Positions 27,507 to 36,070 of a stretch of 64,000 bases of DNA are shown piece by piece. Position 1 is the stretch's first letter; every line of letters starts with the position of its first letter. Origin of the DNA: a virus. Both the position numbers and the translations under genes were made by a program. The notes under the pieces are model-generated. The model had not been told where the DNA came from. It saw only the letters and a list, made by a program, of their open reading frames with translations, and did no database searches. The stretch covers positions 39,023 to 103,022 of IMG/VR virus record IMGVR_UViG_3300031758_000022. The stretch is one strand, 5' to 3'.

Positions 27507-27890
27507 TTATTTAAAGTATTGGCTGTATACTAAATTAGTATTTTCTTCAGCCCATGTAACTATTTCTTCTTCCTTGTTGGTCACATCCCAATCATAGATG
27601 AGCAAGGACATATGAGCCATTTCGTGATTAATCAGGGTAATATCTCTATAGTCACCTTTAAGAGCAGACTTATTGATAAATATAAAAGGCAGCGGTGTTT
27701 TAGAAAGGGTACTATCTCTAGGATCATAGTTGCAAAAGCCATCTATGTATGTACCACCTTCAGCAATGCGGCAGATACACTTGTCTTTACTGACACCGTG
27801 CATCTCCTGGACATTGTAATAATCAAACAAATCTACAGCATTGTTACCAATGAGTAGTACAAACTGAGCATAATAGATAATCTGCATCAT
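27507..27890 (-). CDS. HExxH zinc-metallopeptidase-like protein
   Basis: FIFIN...LINHEMAH...EEE. Confidence 0.6.
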   Translation of the reverse strand: MMQIIYYAQFVLLIGNNAVDLFDYYNVQEMHGVSKDKCICRIAEGGTYIDGFCNYDPRDSTLSKTPLPFIFINKSALKGDYRDITLINHEMAHMSLLIYDWDVTNKEEEIVTWAEENTNLVYSQYFK

Positions 27891-27913
27891 GTAAGTTTTA
27901 AGTTAATTACGGT

Positions 27914-28053
27914 TTATCCCTCTGCACTCAGTTGTAATAGCATTCAAACTGTATTTCTACAGAACTCAAGCGTATATCAGGATTAGAGTTTTTATTTCTT
28001 CCTATCTATTACAACTGCTATCCCTTGGGAAGATAGTTATGGTGCATTAATAA
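27914..28053 (-). ncRNA. Twister self-cleaving ribozyme (P1 type, enlarged P5)
   Basis: TTAT-TAA-TGCA-CC-ATAA-CTATC-TTCCCAAGG-GATAG-[12-bp P5 plus insert]-AG-TGCA-GA-GGG-ATAA: P1, UAA, P2, P4 and both pseudoknots present. Confidence 0.8.
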
Positions 28054-28197
28054 TGAGGGTTATCTGAACACCCACAAACGCCAGCATCTTACTGGATAGT
28101 TATTTACAATATTTAATGTGCAGTGTAATAACAAAAGGCACAAGTATTCTCTATACTCACAGATATCCCGCCTGTGTATATTATTAACCCCCTACTA

Positions 28198-28310
28198 TAT
28201 AAGAGAGAGAGAGAGGATAAGAATAATACAAAGAGAGGATAAGAAGAAACGTAGTAGCTATGTAGTTAAAAGAGAGGAATAGAGAAAAAAGTAAGTTGAG
28301 GTAGAGTATA
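28198..28310. repeat. Purine-rich tract with AGAGAGGATAAGAA direct repeats
   Basis: Repeat copies at 28210 and 28232, (GA)n run, extreme strand skew. Confidence 0.5.
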
Positions 28311-28345
28311 AAAAAAGAGAGAGTGGATTACCCACCCTCTCTCTT
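28311..28345 (-). terminator. Intrinsic terminator
   Basis: AAGAGAGAG.GTGG../..CCAC.CTCTCTCTT stem plus a T-run on the minus strand. Confidence 0.65.
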
Positions 28346-28386
28346 CAACATAATACACTAACACTCAACAACTTAGAGACACTTGG

Positions 28387-28917
28387 TTAGTCTCCAAGTG
28401 TCTCATTTTCTTCCTCTTCCTCTGTGAAGACCTCACTACCGCCAACTTCATCCTCACTGCTTGCCAGAATGAGTCTACCTCCTTGATTTTCAAGGGATTG
28501 CATCTGCATTTGTATAGCACTTGCCAATGCAGGATACTTAATTGCTTGTGCTTTAAGCTCAAGCAGTTCAGTGTTATCAGCTGCGAAGCCAATTCTACCG
28601 TCTTCCTTCACATAGTAAGAGAGTTGTTTCTCTTTACCCATATGTGTGGAAGTGTGATAGAGTGGCACTTCCTTACCTGCAATAAGCTGTGGCTTACCTT
28701 CAGGTGTGGTTAGTACTTTGTAGTAGTCAGTGCCATCTTGGCGCTTAAACTGCTTGTACATAGCGAGTTCCTTAGGACTGGCATCCATAATGCCATAGCG
28801 CCACATAGTCACTACTTCAGTAAGTGGCTTGTTAGTCACTTCATTGAGAACAGGTAAACCGTTTACATCCTTGATGATGCGGGCTTTCTCGTAGCCATTG
28901 ATTAGTTTTAACTTCAT
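28387..28917 (-). CDS. Early protein (paralog of 29305-29706)
   Basis: KLK...RY....S.KELA.Y motif, acidic tail. Confidence 0.7.
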   Translation of the reverse strand: MKLKLINGYEKARIIKDVNGLPVLNEVTNKPLTEVVTMWRYGIMDASPKELAMYKQFKRQDGTDYYKVLTTPEGKPQLIAGKEVPLYHTSTHMGKEKQLSYYVKEDGRIGFAADNTELLELKAQAIKYPALASAIQMQMQSLENQGGRLILASSEDEVGGSEVFTEEEEENETLGD

Positions 28918-29045
28918 AACTGTTTGTTATTTACTTGATTTATAATTGTTTACTTAGTCTCTTGTACCTTTTAGATTTATCTAAAGGTACCTTGTATAAT
29001 AGGTTATAGAAAATAATAATGAATATTAAAACGTTAGTTTTAATA

Positions 29046-29240
29046 AATGCACCCAAGAATGTGGTGAGACTTAACTCACTGATTCTCAGTACCAAAGTGC
29101 TCCTGCTCCACAGGGCAGAGACAACTTAGTCTCTATTCTCACTCATCACTTGAGTGTAAATAGAGGATAAGGTGAACACAGAGGATAATCCACAAGTTAG
29201 AAATAACTTGGTCCCTTACAGATTGCTAACACAATCTGTA
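29046..29240 (-). ncRNA. Candidate ~195-nt structured early ncRNA
   Basis: Starts directly after the motif copy at 29241, has no substantial ORF, is a run of hairpins and ends at the hairpin 29024-29045. Confidence 0.5.
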
Positions 29241-29304
29241 TAATAGGTTATAAAGAATAATAATGAAAAAAAAAAATAACAGGGTGTTAACCCTGTTATT
29301 ATCA

Positions 29305-29706
29305 TTACTCCTTCTCATCCAACTTCTCCTCAGGAGATTCCTCAGGAGCGTTAGCTCCAAAGATCCTGTCCAGCATTTGATCACCAAGAATCCGTAAGGC
29401 TTCAGGTGATTTCTGAGCCATATATTCTAAGTTCCCGAAGGACTGATCATCAATGTGCCAAGTACCCTTGGTATCATTGCGCTCAATGCTCTTGCCTGCC
29501 ATAGGCGGAAGCCAAGAGAAGTAGAGCATCTCCTTAGTGACCTTATCAAAGGCGCCGCAGGTGCCCTTGACAATATCCTTACGGAACAAGGCAAGCTCTG
29601 CTTTGCTACCGTGGACGGTATAAGCATAGCGCGTCTGTTTTCTGTTAGACACTTTGTTCATCATAGTGAACTGTGTCTTAAGCTTGATTGTGAGTGTGTT
29701 TCTCAT
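29305..29706 (-). CDS. Early protein (paralog of 28387-28917)
   Basis: IKLK...RYAY...GSKAELALF, acidic tail. Confidence 0.7.
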   Translation of the reverse strand: MRNTLTIKLKTQFTMMNKVSNRKQTRYAYTVHGSKAELALFRKDIVKGTCGAFDKVTKEMLYFSWLPPMAGKSIERNDTKGTWHIDDQSFGNLEYMAQKSPEALRILGDQMLDRIFGANAPEESPEEKLDEKE

Positions 29707-29791
29707 TGTATTATGTATTTATGTAAACTTAGTAATAGGTTATAAAAAAGAGGAGTAAGGCGTTAGCCTTACCCTCACCCCACAAAAGAGC

Positions 29792-29932
29792 CTAAGCTCT
29801 TTTCTTCTCTGTGCCTAACAACAGAGCAGATGCTACAATGCAGAGCATAGAGATGCCGGTTAACAGGGCATCACCTATAAACATAGATGCAAACAAGCAG
29901 ATAATGGATGTAGATAACAAAACGGTATTCAT
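29792..29932 (-). CDS. Small two-TM membrane protein (46 aa, not in the ORF track)
   Basis: MNTVLLSTSIICLFASMFIGDALLTGISMLCIVASALLLGTEKKRA; 25 nt downstream of a motif copy. Confidence 0.6.
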   Translation of the reverse strand: MNTVLLSTSIICLFASMFIGDALLTGISMLCIVASALLLGTEKKRA

Positions 29933-30010
29933 AGCATTGGATTTAGTACAAACAAGTAATAGGTTATAACAAAAAAAAAGGGGATGTTAGTCCCCTTTTT
30001 CTGTGAATCC

Positions 30011-30313
30011 TTAAAGGCTTGGCTCTTCAGAGTCAGCATCTGCCAACGCATAGCAATTCCTCGCAAGGTTTGCTGCCTCCATAAGTTGAATCTGTAAGAA
30101 CTCACGGTTAATAATTGATTTGAACTCTTTAAGAGATTCATCCCCATACTCCCCATTGGAAATAGCATCAAAGGCTGTAGATAATTCACGAGCCTTCTGT
30201 CTGATACCAATGAGTTGAGGTGTGTAACTCAATAAGAGTTCATTTAATAATTCAGCATCTATTGATGTTGATGTGCGTCCCGCGCAGGACAAGATTACTT
30301 TTCCTTTTTTCAT
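30011..30313 (-). CDS. Early hypothetical protein
   Basis: 100 aa; ATG 27 nt downstream of a motif copy. Confidence 0.65.
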   Translation of the reverse strand: MKKGKVILSCAGRTSTSIDAELLNELLLSYTPQLIGIRQKARELSTAFDAISNGEYGDESLKEFKSIINREFLQIQLMEAANLARNCYALADADSEEPSL

Positions 30314-30383
30314 AATGATTGTGTATTAATGTAATACAGTAATAGGTTATAAAAATATATAGGACATTAGTCCTATATATATA

Positions 30384-30521
30384 CTAGTTGCAACCAACCC
30401 AAGGTACATAGATGTAGCCTGGGTGCAGCCACAGCTCCACAGGATGCATGTTCAAGGTGTGCAAGGCATCGTCAAAGGTGAGCAACTTGCCTGTGTCAAC
30501 AAGGTAAATGAATTCATTCAT
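30384..30521 (-). CDS. Small early protein (45 aa, not in the ORF track)
   Basis: MNEFIYLVDTGKLLTFDDALHTLNMHPVELWLHPGYIYVPWVGCN; ATG 27 nt downstream of a motif copy. Confidence 0.6.
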   Translation of the reverse strand: MNEFIYLVDTGKLLTFDDALHTLNMHPVELWLHPGYIYVPWVGCN

Positions 30522-30720
30522 GGTAGAAAAATTTAATTTTTCTAGCCTAATAGGTTATTCCTCTTAGTTGCTTGATAGGGGGTACCACCACTCTCAGACT
30601 GGGCCGGGGCCTGTTTTATTATAACCCACCATCCTCTACTCTTCAGACAAAATTTTTTTTACCATAAAATTTTTATACTGTCCCGAATATCAATATCTTA
30701 GCAATCTAATAATTACAATC

Positions 30721-31761
30721 ATGGAGAATATTGCTAAGGCACTACGAGTGCTTAAACTACCGGATACCCTGGCACCTTATAACGGGGCCTTTTATTATAA
30801 GGAGGCCAGCTTTCTTGTTGAGAAGCGGATTACTGATTTTACTAAGCGGGTTAACGGGAAGCCTACTGTCACATCTACCTTTGAGGTGAGGAAGGTTGTT
30901 TCTAATACTACTGGTTATGGGTTTAATCTGTTATCTGATTTTATTCATGAGTTTGGATATACCCTAATTTCTGATACTCTTCTTGATAAGAGGCAGGAGT
31001 ATGTTGTTACTTCTTCTGGTCCCTTTGCTGGGCAGACTTACTGGTATCCTGAGGGAAGACTTACAATGACTGCTACAGAGGCCGGTGCTGTTTTTAAACA
31101 TGTGTATAATCCTTTTAAGAATACTACTCTTACTGGCTGGCCTGAGATCACTAAGGGTGAAAATCCTAGTATTAGTATCTTACGTGAGGATTATGTAAAA
31201 ACATCTTCGGGGTTGTCTACTAAACCTAGTAAGTCTTATCCTTCATATAGGAGAGATGAGCTTATTAAGTTATCTGGTATGAGCTACACTGATATTAAGG
31301 AGGCTTATGCTGATAAGTTTTCAATACTTAATGGTGATTCTAGTACTAACGTGAAGTCTGTTGGGGTGGCTGTTGAGGTTGCTGAGACTAGTACAGCTGA
31401 TAATGAGATTACTTCGCATTATACAGGAAGTGTGTATTATAATGGTATTGATACTAGGGACTTCAAGCCATCTGGTTTGCTTACTTCTTATAATAAGGTA
31501 TATCCTGGTCATGTCACACGTTGGATCTTGTATAACGGGGCTATTAACTATTCAGCATACGGTGCTACATGGGTTATTCAGGAACCTAGCTCTACTATTA
31601 ATACTATTAATGTTGTTGCTGGTACAGAATTTTCTTGGAATTTACAGACAAGAACATTAACTTATAATAGTAATATACCTGCACAGTTACACTTCCAATA
31701 TGAGGAGTTACCTGCTCAGGGTAAGAATCAGAGTGCTCTTGAAATTATACAACTCAGCTAA
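30721..31761 (+). CDS. Hypothetical protein (possibly virion-associated)
   Basis: 346-aa Thr/Ser/Tyr-rich ORF; first gene of the plus arm. Confidence 0.65.
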   Translation: MENIAKALRVLKLPDTLAPYNGAFYYKEASFLVEKRITDFTKRVNGKPTVTSTFEVRKVVSNTTGYGFNLLSDFIHEFGYTLISDTLLDKRQEYVVTSSGPFAGQTYWYPEGRLTMTATEAGAVFKHVYNPFKNTTLTGWPEITKGENPSISILREDYVKTSSGLSTKPSKSYPSYRRDELIKLSGMSYTDIKEAYADKFSILNGDSSTNVKSVGVAVEVAETSTADNEITSHYTGSVYYNGIDTRDFKPSGLLTSYNKVYPGHVTRWILYNGAINYSAYGATWVIQEPSSTINTINVVAGTEFSWNLQTRTLTYNSNIPAQLHFQYEELPAQGKNQSALEIIQLS

Positions 31762-31763
31762 AC

Positions 31764-32102
31764 ATGGCTCTACCAGCAATTTTTCCTGTACAAATAGATA
31801 CGCAATCGGTATTAGCTGCGGGAACAACCGTATTATATACGTGTCCTGCTAGGACAAATGCTTCTATTAGTACTATTAGATTGACAAATGCTGGCGTTAA
31901 TACGGTAACCCTTACTATTAATAGAGTTAATCCTGCATCTAGTGTCAATGCTTATACATTTACATTGGCTGCTGGTGATGTTTTAGTGGATTCTGCTGTA
32001 TATAACTTTCTTGCCGGTGATAGTATATCGGTTACAACAAGTGCTGCAAGCACTAATTGTTTTGTAAGAGGTGTTCAAACGGCTAATGCTGCTAGATATT
32101 GA
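31764..32102 (+). CDS. Small beta-rich virion protein (paralog of 32451-32780)
   Basis: T.LYT.PA.T.A..S.I...N motif. Confidence 0.6.
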   Translation: MALPAIFPVQIDTQSVLAAGTTVLYTCPARTNASISTIRLTNAGVNTVTLTINRVNPASSVNAYTFTLAAGDVLVDSAVYNFLAGDSISVTTSAASTNCFVRGVQTANAARY

Positions 32103-32449
32103 TTAATAATTATCCATATGGAGTCAATGATAGCACCGGGGCCTTATCGGGGTCTACCGGTGTTATCATATATGGTTCAGATGGAAGGGTAAAGTTTATA
32201 GGTACAGGAGGAGGAGGTGGGGTTGCTAGCGTTACTGCTGTTTCTCCCATCACTTCTACGGGTGGTGCCAACCCAGTTATATCTACCTTGATGAATACCA
32301 ATAAGTTAATTGGTAGATCAACGGCAGGTACTGGTGTTATGGAGGAAATCACAATCGGTTCCGGACTAAGTTTATCAGCCGGGACTTTATCAGCTACAGG
32401 TACAACTGCATCAGATAGTTTGTCACCACTATTACTAATGGGAGGATAA
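32099..32449 (+). CDS. Short Gly-rich fibre-like protein
   Basis: TTG start; shares a ~55-aa segment with 34040-35404; C-terminal SPLLLMGG. Confidence 0.6.
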   Translation: MINNYPYGVNDSTGALSGSTGVIIYGSDGRVKFIGTGGGGGVASVTAVSPITSTGGANPVISTLMNTNKLIGRSTAGTGVMEEITIGSGLSLSAGTLSATGTTASDSLSPLLLMGG

Positions 32450-32450
32450 T

Positions 32451-32780
32451 ATGCCGACAGTATATAAAACATTGGGACAATCAAGTCCAGCAGCAACAAC
32501 AGAAACGGACCTGTATACGGTACCTGCAGCTACTGCAGCTGTGGCAAGTTCTGTTATTGTGTGTAATAGATCAGCTGTTCTATCTACATTTAGAATATCA
32601 ATAGCTGTTGGTGGTGGTGCTACTACTAATAAGGACTACATTTACTATGACTTACCCATTGGTGCCAATGATACATTCATTGCTACCATTGGTGTGACAT
32701 TAGCAACCACAGATAAGGTAAAGGTGTATGCCTCAAATACTAATCTGTCATTCTCACTTTATGGATCTGAAATAAGCTAA
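32451..32780 (+). CDS. Small beta-rich virion protein
   Basis: YKTLGQSSPAATTETDLYTVPA...SFSLYGSEI. Confidence 0.65.
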   Translation: MPTVYKTLGQSSPAATTETDLYTVPAATAAVASSVIVCNRSAVLSTFRISIAVGGGATTNKDYIYYDLPIGANDTFIATIGVTLATTDKVKVYASNTNLSFSLYGSEIS

Positions 32781-32781
32781 C

Positions 32782-34038
32782 ATGGCACAAGGATACGCTT
32801 CATATAATATTATTAGCAGTGAGATTTCATTTGCAAATACTCCTAACATAGATGCCTTTGGAAGACTGAGGGTAAGCAATCCGTTTACCCTATTTGATTC
32901 AAGCCACAGGTTTGATGATAATGAGTTGTGGTCTACAGCTACCGCTACAGGCGGTACTGCTACATATGATGCTAATGAAGGTCTGATTAATTTAGGTGTA
33001 ACAGCAGCTTCAGGCTCTGAGGTTGTTAGAGAGACTACTAAAGTCTTCTCATATCAGCCAGGTAAGAGTCTTCTTGTACTATCTACATTTGTAATGAACT
33101 CTGCAAAGACAGGTCTTAGACAAAGGATTGGTTACTATGGAGCAGCAAATGGTTATTACCTAGAGCTTAATGATAGCACTGTAAGTTTTGTTGAGAGAAG
33201 TTCTGTCTCAGGAGCATTGGTAAATACACCTGTTGCTCAAGCAAGTTGGAATGTTGATCCTATGAATGGATCAGGTCCTAGTGGTATAACCCTTGATCTA
33301 ACAAAGGCTCAGATTCTCTTTATGGACTTGGAGTGGTTAGGGGTAGGTACCGTGAGAATAGGTTTTGTAATAGATGGAAACTTCTATGTATGTCATAAGT
33401 TTCATCATGCTAATTTGATTGCTACTACATATATCACAACTGCTTCATTACCACTAAAATATGAGATAACTAACACAGCTGCTACAAGTGGGGCAAGTAC
33501 ATTAAAGCAGATATGCTCTACTGTAATGTCTGAGGGTGGATACCAACTTAATGGATTACAACAAGCAATTGGTATTCCTGTAACAACCCCAAGAAACTTA
33601 GCAGTTGCTGGAACATTTTATCCTATAATAAGCATACGTCTTAAAACATCCCCTAATAGATTAGATGCTATAGTAATATGTACTGCAATTTCTGTAGTAG
33701 CAACTAGTGCAGGTCATTATAACTGGCAAATTATAGCATCAGGAACTACTACAGGAGGTGCTTGGGTTGCTGCTCCTGGTGGTTCTTCCGTAGATTATAA
33801 TATAACAGGAACTTCATTTACAGGAGGTAGGATACTTGCAAGTGGTTTTTTTAGTGCGGCAGCTACAGGAGCATCAACTCAAGTTGATATCCTTAAGGAT
33901 GCACTATTTAAAACACAGCTTGAAAGAAATGCATTAACCTCAACACCATATGAACTAACTGTTGTAGTTGCTTCTGATGTTGGAGGTGGTGGAGGTAATG
34001 TTCTTGCATCAATGGACTGGGAAGAAATAAGCAGATAA
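32782..34038 (+). CDS. DAFGRLRVS-family structural protein
   Basis: DAFGRLRVSNP.TLFDS, YQPGKS, EWLGVG.VR.GF. Confidence 0.7.
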   Translation: MAQGYASYNIISSEISFANTPNIDAFGRLRVSNPFTLFDSSHRFDDNELWSTATATGGTATYDANEGLINLGVTAASGSEVVRETTKVFSYQPGKSLLVLSTFVMNSAKTGLRQRIGYYGAANGYYLELNDSTVSFVERSSVSGALVNTPVAQASWNVDPMNGSGPSGITLDLTKAQILFMDLEWLGVGTVRIGFVIDGNFYVCHKFHHANLIATTYITTASLPLKYEITNTAATSGASTLKQICSTVMSEGGYQLNGLQQAIGIPVTTPRNLAVAGTFYPIISIRLKTSPNRLDAIVICTAISVVATSAGHYNWQIIASGTTTGGAWVAAPGGSSVDYNITGTSFTGGRILASGFFSAAATGASTQVDILKDALFKTQLERNALTSTPYELTVVVASDVGGGGGNVLASMDWEEISR

Positions 34039-34039
34039 T

Positions 34040-35404
34040 ATGAGCCAAGGATTTACAAAAGGTACACCTATAGATACTGATGGAACATTATCACTAAATA
34101 GTGACATTGTTGTTCCATCTCAAGCAGCAGTTGTTACATATGTTGCATCACAAATTGGTACACCTGTAACTAATGTGACTGCTACTGCTCCATTAACTTC
34201 TTCTGGAGGTACAACTCCTGATATATCTACATCAATGAGTACAGACAAACTCATAGGTAGAGGGACAGCAGGTACAGGAGTAATGGAAGAGATAACACTT
34301 GGTACAGGTCTAGACTTAGCTGCCACAACTCTGAATGTTGGTAATATTGATTTAGCTGTTTTAGCAGTTACAGAGACAGCTGCAAGGTTAGATAACTGGA
34401 CACCAGCTGGTTGGCCAGGTTCTACTGCTGATGTAGTTAAAGTGATTCAACTTACTGCTAACTATGTAGATAAAGTTCAGATTATATCAGGACTTACTAA
34501 TGGTACAGCTGGTAAAATTATTACATTAAGTAATACATCAACAGATAACTTAGTCATTATAGAATTAAATAGTACAAACTCTTTAGCTGCCAACAGATTT
34601 AGAGGTTTTGGAAGAGATGCTTATTTTTTGTTTCCTAAGGATGATGTTACATTTCTTTATAATGGAACTCAATGGACACAATTTAGTGGTAATATGAAAA
34701 ATGGCCACACATTATTTGATGATATGGGAGGACCAAACCATGTGGGTACTGGTATTTTTACATCATATTTTGGAGAGACTGGATATGGATTAGCTAACGG
34801 AACAGGTGCTCTTGTAAGAAATGAAACAGGTATGACTAACTCAATAGGTACTATTGGTTTTACAACGGGTACTACTGCTACGGGGTTTGCTAAAATAGTA
34901 ATGAACGGTAGAGGTAGCACGGGGTTTAACACGGGGTCAACTCAATACAATCAATTTGCAGTTGTTACAAGATTAAGACTGGAGGCTCTTCCTACAGCTC
35001 TCCAAGATTTTAGATTTCAAACAGGATTGGTTGCAAATTCAAATACGCTTTCCCCATCAATAACTGGACTGATGGGTTGGTACTGCACATCAGCAAATGC
35101 AAATTGGAAATGTTATGCTGCTAATACAGCAAGCACAATAGTTAATGATGTTACAAGTGGTTTGGCAGTAACATTAAATGCTGATATTGTATTAGTAACA
35201 TACCACCCAAATCCACAAGGCGATACGGTATTTGTATATTCCTCTGATGGAGGAATAACTTATACTGTAGATAGCAGATTTGTAAGAGTATCAAATAACT
35301 ATGGTGGGGCACCAGTAATAGCACTTCTAAAAACAGTAGGGACTACCTCTGTTACTGCTGATGTTGACTATATTGGTTTAACAATTAAAGGACCAAGAAT
35401 ATGA
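34040..35404 (+). CDS. Tail fibre / receptor-binding protein
   Basis: IDTDGTL..NSD..VPSQ.AV.TYV fibre motif; Thr/Gly-rich; beta-rich C-terminus. Confidence 0.65.
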   Translation: MSQGFTKGTPIDTDGTLSLNSDIVVPSQAAVVTYVASQIGTPVTNVTATAPLTSSGGTTPDISTSMSTDKLIGRGTAGTGVMEEITLGTGLDLAATTLNVGNIDLAVLAVTETAARLDNWTPAGWPGSTADVVKVIQLTANYVDKVQIISGLTNGTAGKIITLSNTSTDNLVIIELNSTNSLAANRFRGFGRDAYFLFPKDDVTFLYNGTQWTQFSGNMKNGHTLFDDMGGPNHVGTGIFTSYFGETGYGLANGTGALVRNETGMTNSIGTIGFTTGTTATGFAKIVMNGRGSTGFNTGSTQYNQFAVVTRLRLEALPTALQDFRFQTGLVANSNTLSPSITGLMGWYCTSANANWKCYAANTASTIVNDVTSGLAVTLNADIVLVTYHPNPQGDTVFVYSSDGGITYTVDSRFVRVSNNYGGAPVIALLKTVGTTSVTADVDYIGLTIKGPRI

Positions 35405-35700
35405 TATATTTTAAACTTACATCAATATTTAATCTTCCTAATGGAAATGAAACCAATTTAGGTATAACTTTGCAGTGTCAAGATGCTGATTATCAAGCAA
35501 CTTTAGATGAAGCAATTATTGTGGCAAGAGTTACTGCTAAAAGAATGTGTGGTGATGTTGAGCCAGTTATTAATAACAATGTGGTACAACTAACTCTAGC
35601 TCAGTACAATGCAATTGTAGCAGTACCAGAAGCTTTGGATGCAGATATAGCTGCCCTAGAAGAAGAATTAAACCAAACAATAAATGAAGAACCTATTTAA
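35401..35700 (+). CDS. Putative fibre chaperone
   Basis: Small acidic ORF right after the fibre gene. Confidence 0.4.
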   Translation: MIYFKLTSIFNLPNGNETNLGITLQCQDADYQATLDEAIIVARVTAKRMCGDVEPVINNNVVQLTLAQYNAIVAVPEALDADIAALEEELNQTINEEPI

Positions 35701-36070
35701 CAAAGTAACCAGATGGTTACAAGAGTGGGAAGGCACATGGCTACTACCACTAACTTTTATCCTTATGCTATGGATAAGTGCAATACTATTTAACCTATGG
35801 GGGCCTACAGTAGGAATCTTTCCACCGGGGCTAATCAATGGGGTAATCATTGCCTCATTTGCATTCTTTACAGGATTCTCTGTAGTTAATCTTATGATTA
35901 ATCTCTACCACAGAGGCTGGTATAAGTACTACTACAAGGGTAATCCAAACAGACTATCAGCAAAAAACGATTTTTTTGATCTTCCAATATGGCTAAGAGT
36001 AATGTTTATTCCAATACTGCAGCTATTGTTGCTTTGTCTATTCTTCTGGTTAGTTGTAAACCTGATCTAA
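35684..36070 (+). CDS. Holin-like membrane protein (3 TM)
   Basis: Three hydrophobic helices; directly upstream of and overlapping the endolysin. Confidence 0.55.
   Translation: MKNLFNKVTRWLQEWEGTWLLPLTFILMLWISAILFNLWGPTVGIFPPGLINGVIIASFAFFTGFSVVNLMINLYHRGWYKYYYKGNPNRLSAKNDFFDLPIWLRVMFIPILQLLLLCLFFWLVVNLI

Larger units (their letters stand above)
28997..30558 (-). promoter_or_regulatory. Six-copy phage-specific motif ATAACCTATTA (putative early promoters)
   Basis: Plus-strand TAATAGGTTAT at 28997, 29241, 29733, 29957, 30340 and 30548; four copies lie 25-27 nt upstream of an ATG. Confidence 0.8.

Noticed and set aside
28997-30558. CRISPR array
   Set aside because: Repeats are only 11-12 nt, spaced 200-500 nt apart and separated by genes; no cas genes (40179-41000 is a generic PD-(D/E)xK nuclease)
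32220-34330. Diversity-generating retroelement TR/VR pair
   Set aside because: The two copies differ at all base types, largely synonymously; no reverse transcriptase in the window
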